A stretch of 64,000 nucleotides of DNA from an uncultured Acidobacteriota bacterium (GCA_963823995.1 CAWGNQ010000009.1:173079-237078), one strand, 5' to 3'. Positions 16,663 through 27,132 are shown, counted from the stretch's first letter. The notes: generated by a model from the letters alone, not told the origin. Numbers and translations: made by a program.

Positions 16663-19329
16663 CTACTCCTGAATCGAGACCGGCTGCGTTCCCGGAACCG
16701 TCAAGTTTCCCTGTACGACAGCGGTCGTGGCGGCGTCGGCATGGCCGGTGAAGCCGGGTTGCTTGCCTCCCACGCTGATCTCGAAATCACCCGGCTCGAG
16801 AACGCGCCGATTCTGCGCGTCGATCAGCGAGAGTTGCCTGGCGGTCAGTGGAAACTCGACCGTCCTGCTTTCGCCGGCCTGCAGACGGACTCGGGTGAAA
16901 CCGGCGAGCGATCGGATCGGTACCGGAACGTCCGCTTTCAAGTCCCGCACGTAGAGCTGCACGACTTCCTCTCCGGCCTCTTCACCGCTGTTCTTGACCA
17001 CCGCCTTCACACTGCCGCTTCCACCCCGGGGAATCTGGCCGGCATCGATGCTGAGGTCGCTGTACTGGAACCGGGTAAAGCTGAGACCGAATCCGAAGGG
17101 ATAGAGGACCGGTCCGTCGAAGTAGCGATAGGTGCGCCCCTTCATGCTGTAATTCTCGAAAGGCGGCAATTCGTCGATGGAGCGGTAGAAGGTGACCGGA
17201 AGCCGACCACCCGGGTTGTAGTCGCCGAACAGGACGTCTGCAACCGCATCTCCTCCGGACTGCCCGGGATACCAGGCTGTGAGGATGGCCCCCGCGCTTG
17301 CATCGGCCACCGACGAGGACACGGCGCTGCCGTTCAGGAGCACGCAAACGACCGGCTTGCCCAGACCGACGAGTTTCGAGAGCAGCTCTTCCTGGGTCCT
17401 CGGAAGGCGGAGGTCCGTCCGGTCACCACCCGAGAAGCCCTCGATATGGACCGGCATCTCTTCTCCCTCGAGCCTCGGCGTCAAGCCGCCCACAAAGACC
17501 ACGACGTCCGCCCGGCCGGCAGCTTCGAGCGCTTTCGCCGTGTAGTCTTGATGCGGGAGGGACCAGACCAGCTGGATCTGAGGCGCTGCGCCCGTATTGG
17601 CAAACTCGAGAGAGATCCGGTAGAAGCGGCCGGCCTCGAGATCGACGGACTTCACGCGCTGACTCGCCTCGTGGACTCCGCGGTACGCAACCAGGCGCTC
17701 GCCATCGAGGGAAAGAGAGTAGTTGTTGTGCCCGTTCGCACCCAGTTGATACGTTCCCGTGACCGGCGGAACGAGGAACCCCTCCCATCGGGCGGAGAAC
17801 TCGGCGGCCGGCCAGTCGCCGACCGGTGTTTGCTTGACCCAGGTGAAATCGATCACCGGATCGAGTCGCGTGAGCACGGGTGTTCCCTGAGGAGTCGCAC
17901 CCTTGAAGTAACTGCCCGTCAACCCGTGGACCCGACCATTGCTGTCGGTCGGATAGAGACTGCCGGATGGGACCGTCTCAACGGGCAAGACATCGGGCGC
18001 GATCTCGCATCCCTGGGCGTAGAAGAGCTTCGTAGCCGAAGAAACCTTGCCACGAATACCGTCCAGCACGGTCACGAGCCGTTCGGCGGTTCCATTGTAG
18101 TTTCCGGGCAACACGGACAGGGCATCGGCGTTCGGCCCGACGACGGCCAGCGCGCCGATCTCATTGGATAGTGGAAGGAGGCCGTTTTCGTTCTTCAAAA
18201 GAACGATCGACTTCCGAGCCGCCTCCAGAGCCAACTGCTTGTGCGCATCACTGTTGTTGACCGAATAGGGAATCGACGCATACGGAACCCGGTCGGGAGG
18301 ATCGAACATGCCCAGGCGGAATCGGGCTCGAAACAGCCGCCGGACCGACTGATCGATCGAATCGGGATCGATCAGGTTCTGGGACAGGGACTGGGTCAGC
18401 GAGGGAAAGACATTGCCGCAGTTCAGATCGGTGCCTGCCTTGACGGCGATGGCGGCGGCCTCGGGAGCAGAGTCGGCGATTTTGTGCCCGCCGAAAATGT
18501 CCCGGATGGCGCCGCAGTCCGAGACGACATAACCGCTGAAGCCAAAGTCCTTCCGAAGGAAATCCTCCAGCAGGAGCTTGCTTCCGCAGCAGGCGTCCCC
18601 CCGGAAGGCATTGTAGGCGCACATCACCGACTGCGCGTCGGCTTCCTCGATGCTGGCCTCGAATGCGGGCAGATAGGTCTCCAGCAAGTCTCGCTGGTCG
18701 ACATCGATATCAAAGGAGTGTCGCTCCGGTTCGGGCCCGCTGTGCACCGCATAGTGCTTGGCTGTCGCCACAAGCTTCAGGTACTTCTCGTCGTCCCCCT
18801 GCAGGCCCCGAATGAAGGACACGGCCATCCGGGAGGTCAAATAGGGATCCTCACCGTAGGTCTCCTGCCCCCGTCCCCAGCGCGGGTCACGAAAGATGTT
18901 GATGTTGGGGCTCCAGAAGGTCAAACCCTGGTAGATTGCCCGATCGTCGTGGCGCAGAAACTCGCTGTGTTTGGCCCGGGCCTCGTCCGAGATCGCAGTC
19001 GCCACCTGATGCATGAAATCTGCATCGAACGTCGCGGCGAGACCGATGGCCTGGGGAAAGACCGTTGCCAGACCGGCACGCGCCACTCCGTGTAGACACT
19101 CGTTCCACCAGTTGTAGGCGGGAATCCCAAGGCGAGGGATTGCCGGTGCCTCGTACACCATCTGCGCGACCTTCTCTTCCATCGTCATGCGCGAGAGAAG
19201 ATCGTCCAGCCTCTGCTCGACCGGCAGATCCGGGTTCTGAAAAGGGTATTGCCGTTGTTGGCCGAAGGTCGTCCCTGCCAGCAGGAGGGCCACGAAAACG
19301 GCCCCCCGAATCAGTCTCGACGTGCGCAT
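16663..19329 (-). CDS. glycoside hydrolase family 3 (beta-glucosidase/xylosidase-like) with inserted PA14 domain
   Basis: Start moved to ATG 19329 ([24 protein letters not shown], preceded by GGAGGAGG). GH3 blocks are [15 protein letters not shown] and [10 protein letters not shown]. The PA14-like insertion is [29 protein letters not shown]. Confidence 0.9.
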   Translation of the reverse strand: MRTSRLIRGAVFVALLLAGTTFGQQRQYPFQNPDLPVEQRLDDLLSRMTMEEKVAQMVYEAPAIPRLGIPAYNWWNECLHGVARAGLATVFPQAIGLAATFDADFMHQVATAISDEARAKHSEFLRHDDRAIYQGLTFWSPNINIFRDPRWGRGQETYGEDPYLTSRMAVSFIRGLQGDDEKYLKLVATAKHYAVHSGPEPERHSFDIDVDQRDLLETYLPAFEASIEEADAQSVMCAYNAFRGDACCGSKLLLEDFLRKDFGFSGYVVSDCGAIRDIFGGHKIADSAPEAAAIAVKAGTDLNCGNVFPSLTQSLSQNLIDPDSIDQSVRRLFRARFRLGMFDPPDRVPYASIPYSVNNSDAHKQLALEAARKSIVLLKNENGLLPLSNEIGALAVVGPNADALSVLPGNYNGTAERLVTVLDGIRGKVSSATKLFYAQGCEIAPDVLPVETVPSGSLYPTDSNGRVHGLTGSYFKGATPQGTPVLTRLDPVIDFTWVKQTPVGDWPAAEFSARWEGFLVPPVTGTYQLGANGHNNYSLSLDGERLVAYRGVHEASQRVKSVDLEAGRFYRISLEFANTGAAPQIQLVWSLPHQDYTAKALEAAGRADVVVFVGGLTPRLEGEEMPVHIEGFSGGDRTDLRLPRTQEELLSKLVGLGKPVVCVLLNGSAVSSSVADASAGAILTAWYPGQSGGDAVADVLFGDYNPGGRLPVTFYRSIDELPPFENYSMKGRTYRYFDGPVLYPFGFGLSFTRFQYSDLSIDAGQIPRGGSGSVKAVVKNSGEEAGEEVVQLYVRDLKADVPVPIRSLAGFTRVRLQAGESRTVEFPLTARQLSLIDAQNRRVLEPGDFEISVGGKQPGFTGHADAATTAVVQGNLTVPGTQPVSIQE

Positions 19330-19507
19330 CTCTCCTCCTCCTCTCCCGGACGGGGAATCCGGGACCTTTCCGAACACGCCGAGCGAGTTCCTTTCCCAGG
19401 GCAGGGCAGAACAGGCCCGGCGCCTCCTTCAATACTAGAACCTCTCAGGGGCTGCCGCAGCCCTTTTCATGATGAGGTTTCGACACAGCACCGACCGGAG
19501 CCGGACG

Positions 19508-20611
19508 TCACCCAAGTTTGGGCGGAACGTCGAGCATGGGACCCTGCCAGAGCAACTGCCGTTCGATGTCACGATGCGGGCGATATTCCTTCCTCAAGTC
19601 GGCAATCCTCTCGCCCCGGATATCGATCTGGTTCAGGTCGTACTGTCCCACACCAACCTGCGCGCAGTAGTTCAGATAAGCGGGCCATTCCGCATTGATA
19701 CCCATGGTCTCGATCCCCACCCGATCGGCCGCGACCAGGTCGGTGGACGCGATCGCCAGGCGCGAAGGAACCGGCGTTCCCGAAGCGGGCCCGTTGCCCT
19801 CCATTCCTTCGAACCCATCGACCACGGTCGCCCCCCAGTAGGGTTTCATCTTCTGGGCGGTCTGCATGATGGCGAAGTGGGTCTGCCGAACGCCTCCGTG
19901 GTATTTCCGCTTGTCGCTCCAGCGCGTCTTCTCGTCCGGCCCCTGATGCAGCGGCGCACCTAAAGCCATATTCTTGACCGAGAGCGTGGCGACCACGACA
20001 TTGTGAGTCTTCAAAACCCCTGCATTGAGGATGAAGGCGTCGGGATCGAGCAGGCGGGCAGCCAGCCGAACCGGTGTGACGTGCATGTCGCCGTCCAGGA
20101 TGTGCAGAACCTCATAGCGGCCTTCCTGGTTGAGATCGATCAGAGAAACCTTCAGCCTCTTGTACTCCCCGGCCAGCTGGTTGTACCCGAAGTTCTCGAA
20201 GCCCTCCCAGGTGTTGCCTGCGGCCGACTCAGCGATCACGACCTTCCCTTTGAACCGCTCGTCGAGATAGTCGAGAATCCCGCGCAAGGCATCGACATGG
20301 GTCGAAGCGAGCTGCTTGACCGTCGAAACGTTGTTCGGCTTGATCACCACGTACGATTTCCGGCGCAGTCGCGGAAGAAGCAGGTCGTCGACGGCGGCCA
20401 GTGCGTTGTACACATTCGTTCGCCGTTGCTCACCCTGGACCAGCGAGACGACCGAACGTGGAAGCGGAGATGCAACCGGCTCACCGGGCGCCGCGAGGGA
20501 AGATGATGCAGGCGCCTGTGCGAAGCCGGAAGACCGCAGCGCCGAGACCCCGACACCGGCCGCCGCCAGCGTCGTGTGGAAGAACTTTCGTCTTGAGCAG
20601 GAAGAATCCAT
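19508..20611 (-). CDS. Tat-exported DUF362 domain protein
   Basis: Twin-arginine signal MDSSCSRRKFFHTTLAAAGVGVSAL..AQA. DUF362-type blocks are YVVIKPNNVS and LKTHNVVVATLSVKNMALGAP. Confidence 0.7.
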   Translation of the reverse strand: MDSSCSRRKFFHTTLAAAGVGVSALRSSGFAQAPASSSLAAPGEPVASPLPRSVVSLVQGEQRRTNVYNALAAVDDLLLPRLRRKSYVVIKPNNVSTVKQLASTHVDALRGILDYLDERFKGKVVIAESAAGNTWEGFENFGYNQLAGEYKRLKVSLIDLNQEGRYEVLHILDGDMHVTPVRLAARLLDPDAFILNAGVLKTHNVVVATLSVKNMALGAPLHQGPDEKTRWSDKRKYHGGVRQTHFAIMQTAQKMKPYWGATVVDGFEGMEGNGPASGTPVPSRLAIASTDLVAADRVGIETMGINAEWPAYLNYCAQVGVGQYDLNQIDIRGERIADLRKEYRPHRDIERQLLWQGPMLDVPPKLG

Positions 20612-20698
20612 TGTTGTCCACCCCTTGAGAAGTCTATATAGTTGGCGTGTCGATTATAGCTTTAACTTCGAGTACATCCCAGGAAAGGGTTCGAATCC

Positions 20699-21868
20699 AT
20701 GACGAATCACGCCTCCCGCCGCAGGTTTCTGGTCGCCGGTTTGAGCTTTCCTGCAGCGTCGTTGACCGCTGCTGCGCTCGGCAAAGCCGTGCCCTCCATC
20801 CGGTCCGTCCAGGGGACATCCGCTCCGGAACTCAACTACCGGGTGCTCGGCAAGACCGGTTTGAAGGTCACCACGGTCGGATTCGGCTGCATGATCACTT
20901 CCGATCCCACCGTAATTGAGAGGGCCGCCGATTCGGGCATCAACTATTTCGACACGGCGCGCGTCTACCAGCGCGGCAATAACGAGCGGATGGTCGGAGC
21001 CGCCCTGAAGGGCCGACGGCAGCAGATTCACCTTTCGAGCAAAGCCAAAGCACGGTCGCGCGAAGAGGCGCTCGCAGAGCTCGACACCAGCCTCAAGGAG
21101 CTCGGTACCGATTATCTCGACATCTGGTACCTGCACGCCATGGGAAGTCCGTCGGAGCTGACAGATGAGATGTGTGCCGCTCTGGACCGGGCGAAAGAGG
21201 TCGGCAAGACCCGATTCGTCGGAGTCAGCCTTCATTCGGGACATAAGGAACTGCTGCCGGCCCTGACCGAGAGTCCGCATATCGACGTCATTCTGATGAG
21301 CTACAACTTCACGATGGATCCATCCGTCGGCCCGCTGATCCAAAAGGCGGCCGACGCGGGCAAGGGGATCGTGGCGATGAAAGTCATGGCGGGAGGTTTG
21401 CGCCGTCTGAAGCCTGAGGATGCGATGTACGAGAAGCTGAACAGGGCAGGCGCCATGCTGGCCGCACTCAAGTGGGCCATCCGGGACCCGGTCGTCCACA
21501 CTTCGATTCCCAGCATCACGGACGTCGACCAGCTGGAGGAGAACCTCAAGGCGATGGCCGAACCCCTCGGGGGTGCGGATGAGCGATTGCTGGCCGCCCA
21601 CCTCGACTACCTACGCCCGATCTATTGCCGGATGTGCGGTCAGTGTGACGGGGTCTGCCCCAAGGGACTGCCGGTTTCCGACATGCTGCGTTTCCTGACC
21701 TATGCCGAGGGCTACGGCCAATTCGAGCTCGGACGGGAGAACTTCCTTTCCCTCCCGGACGAACTCCAGGAGATCCGCTGCGGGGACTGTGACACTTGTC
21801 CGGTTCAGTGTCCCAACGGTGTTCAAGTAGCCCAGCGGCTGACGCGCGCTCAGGAGCTTTTCGCGTGA
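20699..21868 (+). CDS. Tat-exported aldo/keto reductase with C-terminal Cys-rich (Fe-S type) extension
   Basis: Signal SRRRFLVAGLSFPAASLTAAALGKA. AKR blocks are YRVLGKTGLKVTTVGFGCM and INYFDTARVYQRGNNERMVG. C-terminal cysteine clusters are CRMCGQCDGVCP and CGDCDTCPVQCP. Confidence 0.85.
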   Translation: MTNHASRRRFLVAGLSFPAASLTAAALGKAVPSIRSVQGTSAPELNYRVLGKTGLKVTTVGFGCMITSDPTVIERAADSGINYFDTARVYQRGNNERMVGAALKGRRQQIHLSSKAKARSREEALAELDTSLKELGTDYLDIWYLHAMGSPSELTDEMCAALDRAKEVGKTRFVGVSLHSGHKELLPALTESPHIDVILMSYNFTMDPSVGPLIQKAADAGKGIVAMKVMAGGLRRLKPEDAMYEKLNRAGAMLAALKWAIRDPVVHTSIPSITDVDQLEENLKAMAEPLGGADERLLAAHLDYLRPIYCRMCGQCDGVCPKGLPVSDMLRFLTYAEGYGQFELGRENFLSLPDELQEIRCGDCDTCPVQCPNGVQVAQRLTRAQELFA

Positions 21869-22707
21869 GGACCCGGGTCGTCTGGAACCTTGCCGTCTGC
21901 CTCCTGGTCTATCCCGCCCTGACTCTGGCCGCCGAGACGCTCCAGTGCCCTCCCGGCTGGACCCAGGAAGGCTCCGTCCGCGAGTACACTCCCGAGACGC
22001 TTTTCGAGTACATGAACGGAAACGCCGAGGGTTACCTGATCTATGGCTTCCAGAAGATGAACGGGATCAGCTGCAGCCGGGACGAAATGCAGCTCCATAT
22101 CGACATCTCCACGATGGATAGCCCGAAAGCCGCCTGGGGTCTCTTCGCCTCGAACCGCGATCCTCGTCAACCCGTGCTGCCGCTGGGAATGGCCGGCCAG
22201 GTCCTGAGCAGCCGGGCCATCTTCGCCAAGGGAACTCAGTTCGTTGAGTTCGCGATCGAGCCGAGCGGCGACCACCGCGAACTCCTTGGCCGGCTCGCAG
22301 CCGACTGGTCCGATCGGCTCTCCGGTGAAACCGCACCGCCACAGGAACTCGGCTGGTTTCCCGAGAACGGGCTCGAACCGGAGAGCATCCGACTGGTGCC
22401 GTCGAGCGTCCTTGGGATCAGCCAGTTTCGCCGTGGCTTCGTCGCAGATTACGAATCGGGGATGAGGGCCTTTGTGGACGAAGAGGACTCCGTCGAAGCC
22501 GCGCGAAAAGTCATGCAGGAGCTGTCGGAGCGATTTTCGGTGCAACAAACCGCTCAGGTGGCCGACGAGAGTTTTCTCGCTTCGGATCGTTACCTGGGCG
22601 AAATGTGCATCTTCCGCAAAGTTAACCGGATTGCGGGAGTCGTCAAGGCCGAAAGCCCTTCGAAAGCAACGGAATTCGCGTCCCGGTTCGCCGAGCGGCT
22701 GCCGTAG
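21865..22707 (+). CDS. hypothetical secreted protein
   Basis: GTG at 21865 overlaps the reductase stop (GTGA) and gives (M)RTRVVWNLAVCLLVYPALTLAAE (signal peptide). ATG 21796 would overlap the upstream gene by 73 nt. Contains the block TPETLFEYMNGNAEGYLIYGF. I cannot name the family with confidence. Confidence 0.5.
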   Translation: MRTRVVWNLAVCLLVYPALTLAAETLQCPPGWTQEGSVREYTPETLFEYMNGNAEGYLIYGFQKMNGISCSRDEMQLHIDISTMDSPKAAWGLFASNRDPRQPVLPLGMAGQVLSSRAIFAKGTQFVEFAIEPSGDHRELLGRLAADWSDRLSGETAPPQELGWFPENGLEPESIRLVPSSVLGISQFRRGFVADYESGMRAFVDEEDSVEAARKVMQELSERFSVQQTAQVADESFLASDRYLGEMCIFRKVNRIAGVVKAESPSKATEFASRFAERLP

Positions 22708-22743
22708 CCGCCCATGGTTTTCGGCCGTGCTCCTGAGCGGCGA

Positions 22744-24225
22744 TTACCCGCGAAGCGTCCGATGGATCAGCCTGAGCCAGTGGGTGACCTGTTTGAAGAC
22801 CAGTGAGTGATCCGTGACGCTCCTCTGGCCATTACGCCCCATGTGTTCCAGCCTGACCCGGTCGGAAAGCATCCGCGTGAGCTTGTCGGCGATTTCCTCC
22901 GGATCTTCGGGATCGTGGGTCAGGAGACCGTCGACCCCGTCCCGAATCTGGCTCCGCAGTCCGCAGGCCTGCGTCCCGAGAACCGGCACCCGCTTCCACA
23001 TGGCTTCCGTCACGGTCAATCCGAAGCCTTCCTGCAGTGAGTTCTGGACCACGACCGTCGAACACGACTGCAATGCATTGACCATGAGGGCGTTGTTCTT
23101 TCTCGAGGACATCGGCAGGTTCAGCAGGGCAATCTTGTCCTTCACTTCGTCGTCCAAACCGCAGTAGAGCTCCTTCAGCTCATCGAGGACTTCGAGGGCC
23201 TGCGGATCATCCTGGATGCTCTCCGGGTCGGGCCCCGCCAGGATCAGCCGGCCGACCGAGACATGGCGGGCCCAGCAATCGTCGGAATTGCTGTCGGCGA
23301 GCCGACCCACCAGACAGCCATAGCCCTTGATCAGCGGTGCCCATCCCTTGAGCCGATCCCAGCGGGAGATCTGGGAGACGATCGGCCGATAGAGCAGCCC
23401 GATCTCATGCTCGGTCGCCGGAATGAAGTTCCCGTTGCCGTCCAGTCGTTTGGCCTGGTCGTCCCAGGGCGGCGTCAGAACGGGATGGCGGGAATTCGCG
23501 AGCCCCGCATTGCACAGGATGCCGGCAAGCTTGTGTGGAGACAATTCCCGATTCTTGTGACTCAGAGGATCGATCGCCGGCGACACGACCGTGGATCGTC
23601 CGGCAAGGAAGGACGGAATGTAGTCGGCGACCGAAAAGGCCGACCGATCAGCCCTTTTGGCAAAGGGATGGAGAAAATCCCAGGCCGCCTGCGTCGTCTC
23701 CGTCGTACGATCGAGACCGATGTGGGAGCGCCAGATGAAACCGAGCCGATCATTCCTCTTCTTCAGGAGGCTTCCCATGCCCAGAGGCTGGGGATCATGA
23801 GCCACCACCACGTCTCCATCCTTCAGTTTGGACTCGAGCGCGTCGGCGAGCCTCGCGCTGGCCGACTCGTACAGGTCCTGATCGTCCGCATCGAGATCGG
23901 GCTTCCCTTGCCCATGGATCATGTTATGGAGTCGCTTGGTCAGTCGAAAGAACTCCTCATTCTCGGGTTGAATGACCGCCCACTTCGTCTTGACCCCGAC
24001 TTCGCACAGGATCGAAATGAGCTTGGGCAGCATCTCGGCAACACCGCCCCCCGCGGCAGTCGAACTGATCATCCAGACGGTCCGCTCCCCGATTTCCGAC
24101 ACCAGCGAAGATGCTTCGGCCTGGAGATCATGCACGGCGGACCTCAGGTGAGCGAATTGTGCATATTCGGAGAGTCCGATCGACTCGTCCGGTTCCACGA
24201 TGTTGAGTAGCTTCGATGATGTCAT
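22744..24225 (-). CDS. GT4 glycosyltransferase, divergent TreT (trehalose glycosyltransferring synthase)-like paralogue
   Basis: Start moved to ATG 24225 (MTSSKLLNIVEPDES, preceded by GGGAG). It shares TreT-type blocks with the gene at 25100: SSTAAGGGVAEMLP, FFRLTKRLHN, VAHDPQP, WRSHIG, SPAIDPLSHKN, ISRWDRLKG, LQEGFGLTVTEAMWKRVPV. It carries extra insertions. Confidence 0.75.
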   Translation of the reverse strand: MTSSKLLNIVEPDESIGLSEYAQFAHLRSAVHDLQAEASSLVSEIGERTVWMISSTAAGGGVAEMLPKLISILCEVGVKTKWAVIQPENEEFFRLTKRLHNMIHGQGKPDLDADDQDLYESASARLADALESKLKDGDVVVAHDPQPLGMGSLLKKRNDRLGFIWRSHIGLDRTTETTQAAWDFLHPFAKRADRSAFSVADYIPSFLAGRSTVVSPAIDPLSHKNRELSPHKLAGILCNAGLANSRHPVLTPPWDDQAKRLDGNGNFIPATEHEIGLLYRPIVSQISRWDRLKGWAPLIKGYGCLVGRLADSNSDDCWARHVSVGRLILAGPDPESIQDDPQALEVLDELKELYCGLDDEVKDKIALLNLPMSSRKNNALMVNALQSCSTVVVQNSLQEGFGLTVTEAMWKRVPVLGTQACGLRSQIRDGVDGLLTHDPEDPEEIADKLTRMLSDRVRLEHMGRNGQRSVTDHSLVFKQVTHWLRLIHRTLRG

Positions 24226-24327
24226 GGTCGCTCCCTGGAATTCCTGGACTCCGATCGAGGATCGGCTGCCCTGGCTTGAAGTTCCTTCCAGATCCGCGGT
24301 CCCTCTGCCAACCACGGCTGTAACTAT

Positions 24328-24356
24328 TTGAATGCAAAGGCTATGTATGACATTAT
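24328..24356 (+). promoter_or_regulatory. putative sigma-70 promoter of the 24450-28640 operon
   Basis: AT-rich island in a GC-rich background. TTGAAT (24328-24333), a 17-nt spacer, then CATTAT (24351-24356), ~90 nt upstream of GTG 24450. Confidence 0.3.
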
Positions 24357-24449
24357 AGACGGTGCGTTTCCTGTCGGGAAGGCGACGAGTCACGCCGGCA
24401 TCCCAAGTCGCGCATCTCGCTTCGTGGTTCTTTGAGGAGTTGAACAAAG

Positions 24450-25103
24450 GTGAGTTTCAAGATTAAGGACTGTGCGCTGGTCGCCATCGCCACCGATTTC
24501 CGGGCACAGAATCTGAGCGAGTTGAGGAACTGTCTGCTGGACGTTCCCCCTTCCTCGATCTATTACCACTTCTGGGGCGGTCTGCTTCGTCCCCGCTTCG
24601 ATGATCCCGAGTACAACAACGATTTCTCGGTCTGGGCCTATCGGTCCATGCACGACCTGGTGCTCGCCGAGCGCCTGGCCATCGTCGATCCCACGGAGTT
24701 TTCCGGGCTCGAGAGTCTCCGCGCCGATCTGGTCGAGATCATTGAAGATCGTCTCGATGAGAGCGGGTGGATCGGCTGGGCACCCGCGCAGAAACCATTT
24801 CACTTCTTGCGCTCGCAGATCGTGGTCTTCGACACCCATCGTCGGGTCGAGACTCCTCGTGAGCTTCTCGACGTGCTGCCTTCTCTGTCCGGAGCCAGCA
24901 TCTTCTACCACTTCATCGATGCCCGCCGGCGAATGCCACTGGGCACGGACGATTTTCGGGCCTGGATCTCCGGACTCGGCGATCAATTCCAGGCATTGTG
25001 CGGTGATCTGGCGAGCGTGGACCCCTACTTCATGAGCCTGGTCTCGCTGCGGGATCAGCTGGTCGAGGTCTTCGCCCGCCACGTGGACGGAGGCGCCGCA
25101 TGA
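24450..25103 (+). CDS. uncharacterised protein made of two tandem ~95-aa repeats (possibly DUF5752-like)
   Basis: GTG start 11 nt after GAGGAG. Internal duplication is visible. Repeat 1: ..SELRNCLLDVPPSSIYYHFWGG..NDFSVWAY..LAIVDPTEF..LESLRADLVEIIEDRL. Repeat 2: ..PRELLDVLPSLSGASIFYHFIDA..DDFRAWIS..LASVDPYFMSLVSLRDQLVEVFARHV. The stop overlaps the treT start (ATGA). Confidence 0.6.
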   Translation: MSFKIKDCALVAIATDFRAQNLSELRNCLLDVPPSSIYYHFWGGLLRPRFDDPEYNNDFSVWAYRSMHDLVLAERLAIVDPTEFSGLESLRADLVEIIEDRLDESGWIGWAPAQKPFHFLRSQIVVFDTHRRVETPRELLDVLPSLSGASIFYHFIDARRRMPLGTDDFRAWISGLGDQFQALCGDLASVDPYFMSLVSLRDQLVEVFARHVDGGAA

Positions 25104-26353
25104 ACGGCCTGCTGGACCGTTACGAAAAGGTTTCCGGGGCGGGTGCGGTCACTCAGTTGCGGCAGCTGGCGGCACCTCTCAAGGGGATTCGATTGCTCCA
25201 TGTCAGTTCGACCCGCGAAGGAGGGGGAGTCGCGGAAATCCTGACCGAGTTCGTGCCCCTCCAACAGGAACTGGGGCTCGATGCCGAGTGGCTCGTCATC
25301 GAAGGGGACCCGGCCTTTTTCAATTGTACGAAGGGCTTTCACAATGCACTGCAGGGTACCGACATCTCCCTGACGGAGGCCGATTTCGGAGCCTATGAAG
25401 CGACCAACCGGCGCAACGCCGAAGTCCTGCGCGAGGAGCTGCAGAAGGCGGATGTGGTGATCGTCCATGATCCACAGCCGGCGGCGCTGTTGCAACATAC
25501 ACCGAACCGTGTGGGTCGCTGGATCTGGCGCTGCCACATTGACGTCAGCCATCCGAGACGCAGCGTCTGGCGGTATCTGAGAAACTTCATCAAGGACTAT
25601 GACGCGAGCATTTTCTCTCTGGCCGACTTCGCTCGACCGCTGCCTCATCCCCAATACCTGATCCCGCCGGCGATCAATCCGTTCAGTGAGAAAAACTGCG
25701 AGATTCCCGACGAGGAGCTGGAGGAAACTGCAGAACGGTTTCAGCTCGACCGACAGCGACCGATGCTCATTCAGGTGTCGCGTTTCGACCGATTCAAGGA
25801 TCCCCTCGGTGTGATCGAGGCTTACCGTCTGGTCAAACGGTTCAGCCCCGGCGTCCAACTCATCCTGGCCGGTGGCGGTGCCAGCGACGACCCTGAGTCG
25901 GAGACGGTTCTGCGGGAAGTCCGGACCGCGGCCGGAGAGGATTCGGATATCCATATTCTCATGCTCCCCAGCAATGCCCACCGAACCATCAACGGGCTCC
26001 AGAGGCTGGCCGACATCGTGCTCCAGAAGTCGATTCGGGAGGGATTCGGGCTCACCGTGACGGAGGCCCTCTGGAAGGGAAAGCCGGTCATCGGAGGAGA
26101 TACGGGAGGCATCCGTCTGCAGGTGGTCAATCACCACACCGGTTTTCTCGTGAATTCTCCCGAAGGCGCCGCACTGCGCATCCGATATCTCCTCCAGAAC
26201 CCCGGATTGATCGATGAGATCGGTCGGAAGGCCCGCGAGTACGTACGCGAGAACTTTCTGCTGACGCGTCTGCTCCGGGAACACCTGACACTGCTTGTCG
26301 CACTGCTCCACCGCGAGATGGAAAGGATCGATACGACCACATGGAAGTCCTGA
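25100..26353 (+). CDS. treT: trehalose glycosyltransferring synthase TreT-like GT4 glycosyltransferase
   Basis: HVSSTREGGGVAEIL, WLVIEGDPAFFNCTKGFHNALQG, VHDPQPAAL, WRCHIDVS, IPPAINPFSEKN, QVSRFDRFKDP, SDDPE, LQKSIREGFGLTVTEALWKGKPVIGG. These match my recollection of archaeal TreT blocks. Confidence 0.75.
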   Translation: MNGLLDRYEKVSGAGAVTQLRQLAAPLKGIRLLHVSSTREGGGVAEILTEFVPLQQELGLDAEWLVIEGDPAFFNCTKGFHNALQGTDISLTEADFGAYEATNRRNAEVLREELQKADVVIVHDPQPAALLQHTPNRVGRWIWRCHIDVSHPRRSVWRYLRNFIKDYDASIFSLADFARPLPHPQYLIPPAINPFSEKNCEIPDEELEETAERFQLDRQRPMLIQVSRFDRFKDPLGVIEAYRLVKRFSPGVQLILAGGGASDDPESETVLREVRTAAGEDSDIHILMLPSNAHRTINGLQRLADIVLQKSIREGFGLTVTEALWKGKPVIGGDTGGIRLQVVNHHTGFLVNSPEGAALRIRYLLQNPGLIDEIGRKAREYVRENFLLTRLLREHLTLLVALLHREMERIDTTTWKS

Positions 26354-27132
26354 CGCCGCGGGGCGATCTCGAGAGATTTTTCGGATTGTTGAGGAAGGCC
26401 GAACGGTCGATCCTGTTCACCGACTATGACGGAACGCTCGCCCCTTTCCGTGACGACCCGTCACAGGCGGTTCCTTACACCGGTGTTCGGAAACGCCTGA
26501 GCGCGATTCGCGCAGCCGGCACTCGCCTGGTGGTCGTATCGGGGCGAGCCATTGATGACTTGTTGCCGCTGCTGCAGCTCGTCGGCGTCGAGATCTGGGG
26601 GTCTCACGGAAGGGAGCGTCTGCTGGCGGACGGCCACCGATCCACGGCACCGATTCCAAGAGTCTCCGAGGCGGCCTTGGCTCGGGCCGATGAGATGCTG
26701 CAGGCCGAGGATCTGGGTCAACGCTGCGAGAGGAAGCCGGGCTGCATCGCCGTCCACCACCGTGGCCTGGACGGTTTGGAAGCGGAGCAAATCGAGAAGA
26801 CGGCGACCCGGATCTGGTCGGAGGTCGCCGGAAGTTCGGAGCTGGAGTTGAAGCACTTCGACGGTGGAGTCGAATTTCAGGTCCCTGGAATCTCCAAGGG
26901 AACCGTCATCCGAAGGGTAATGGATGAGATCGAATCGGGAAACCAGACGGTCGCCTATCTGGGAGATGACCTCACCGATGAAGACGCTTTCGAGGAGCTC
27001 CGGGAGAACGGACTTTGCGTGCTCGTCCGTCCCGAACTCCGGAGCACGAAGGCAGACCTCTGGCTGACCCCTCCGGAGGAGCTGCTCTCGTTTCTGGAAC
27101 GGTGGCTCACAATTACGAGGGACCGCCCATGA
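26341..27132 (+). CDS. otsB: trehalose-6-phosphate phosphatase (HAD-IIB)
   Basis: ILFTDYDGTLAPF (DxDxT), VVVSGR, YLGDDLTDEDAF. The start overlaps the treT end by 13 nt. The stop overlaps the otsA start (ATGA). Confidence 0.85.
   Translation: MEVLTPRGDLERFFGLLRKAERSILFTDYDGTLAPFRDDPSQAVPYTGVRKRLSAIRAAGTRLVVVSGRAIDDLLPLLQLVGVEIWGSHGRERLLADGHRSTAPIPRVSEAALARADEMLQAEDLGQRCERKPGCIAVHHRGLDGLEAEQIEKTATRIWSEVAGSSELELKHFDGGVEFQVPGISKGTVIRRVMDEIESGNQTVAYLGDDLTDEDAFEELRENGLCVLVRPELRSTKADLWLTPPEELLSFLERWLTITRDRP

Noticed and set aside
20686-20700. GGGTTCGAATCC, a perfect tRNA T-loop-like string
   Set aside because: The flanks cannot form a T stem or an acceptor stem. The string sits directly at the start codon of the aldo/keto reductase.
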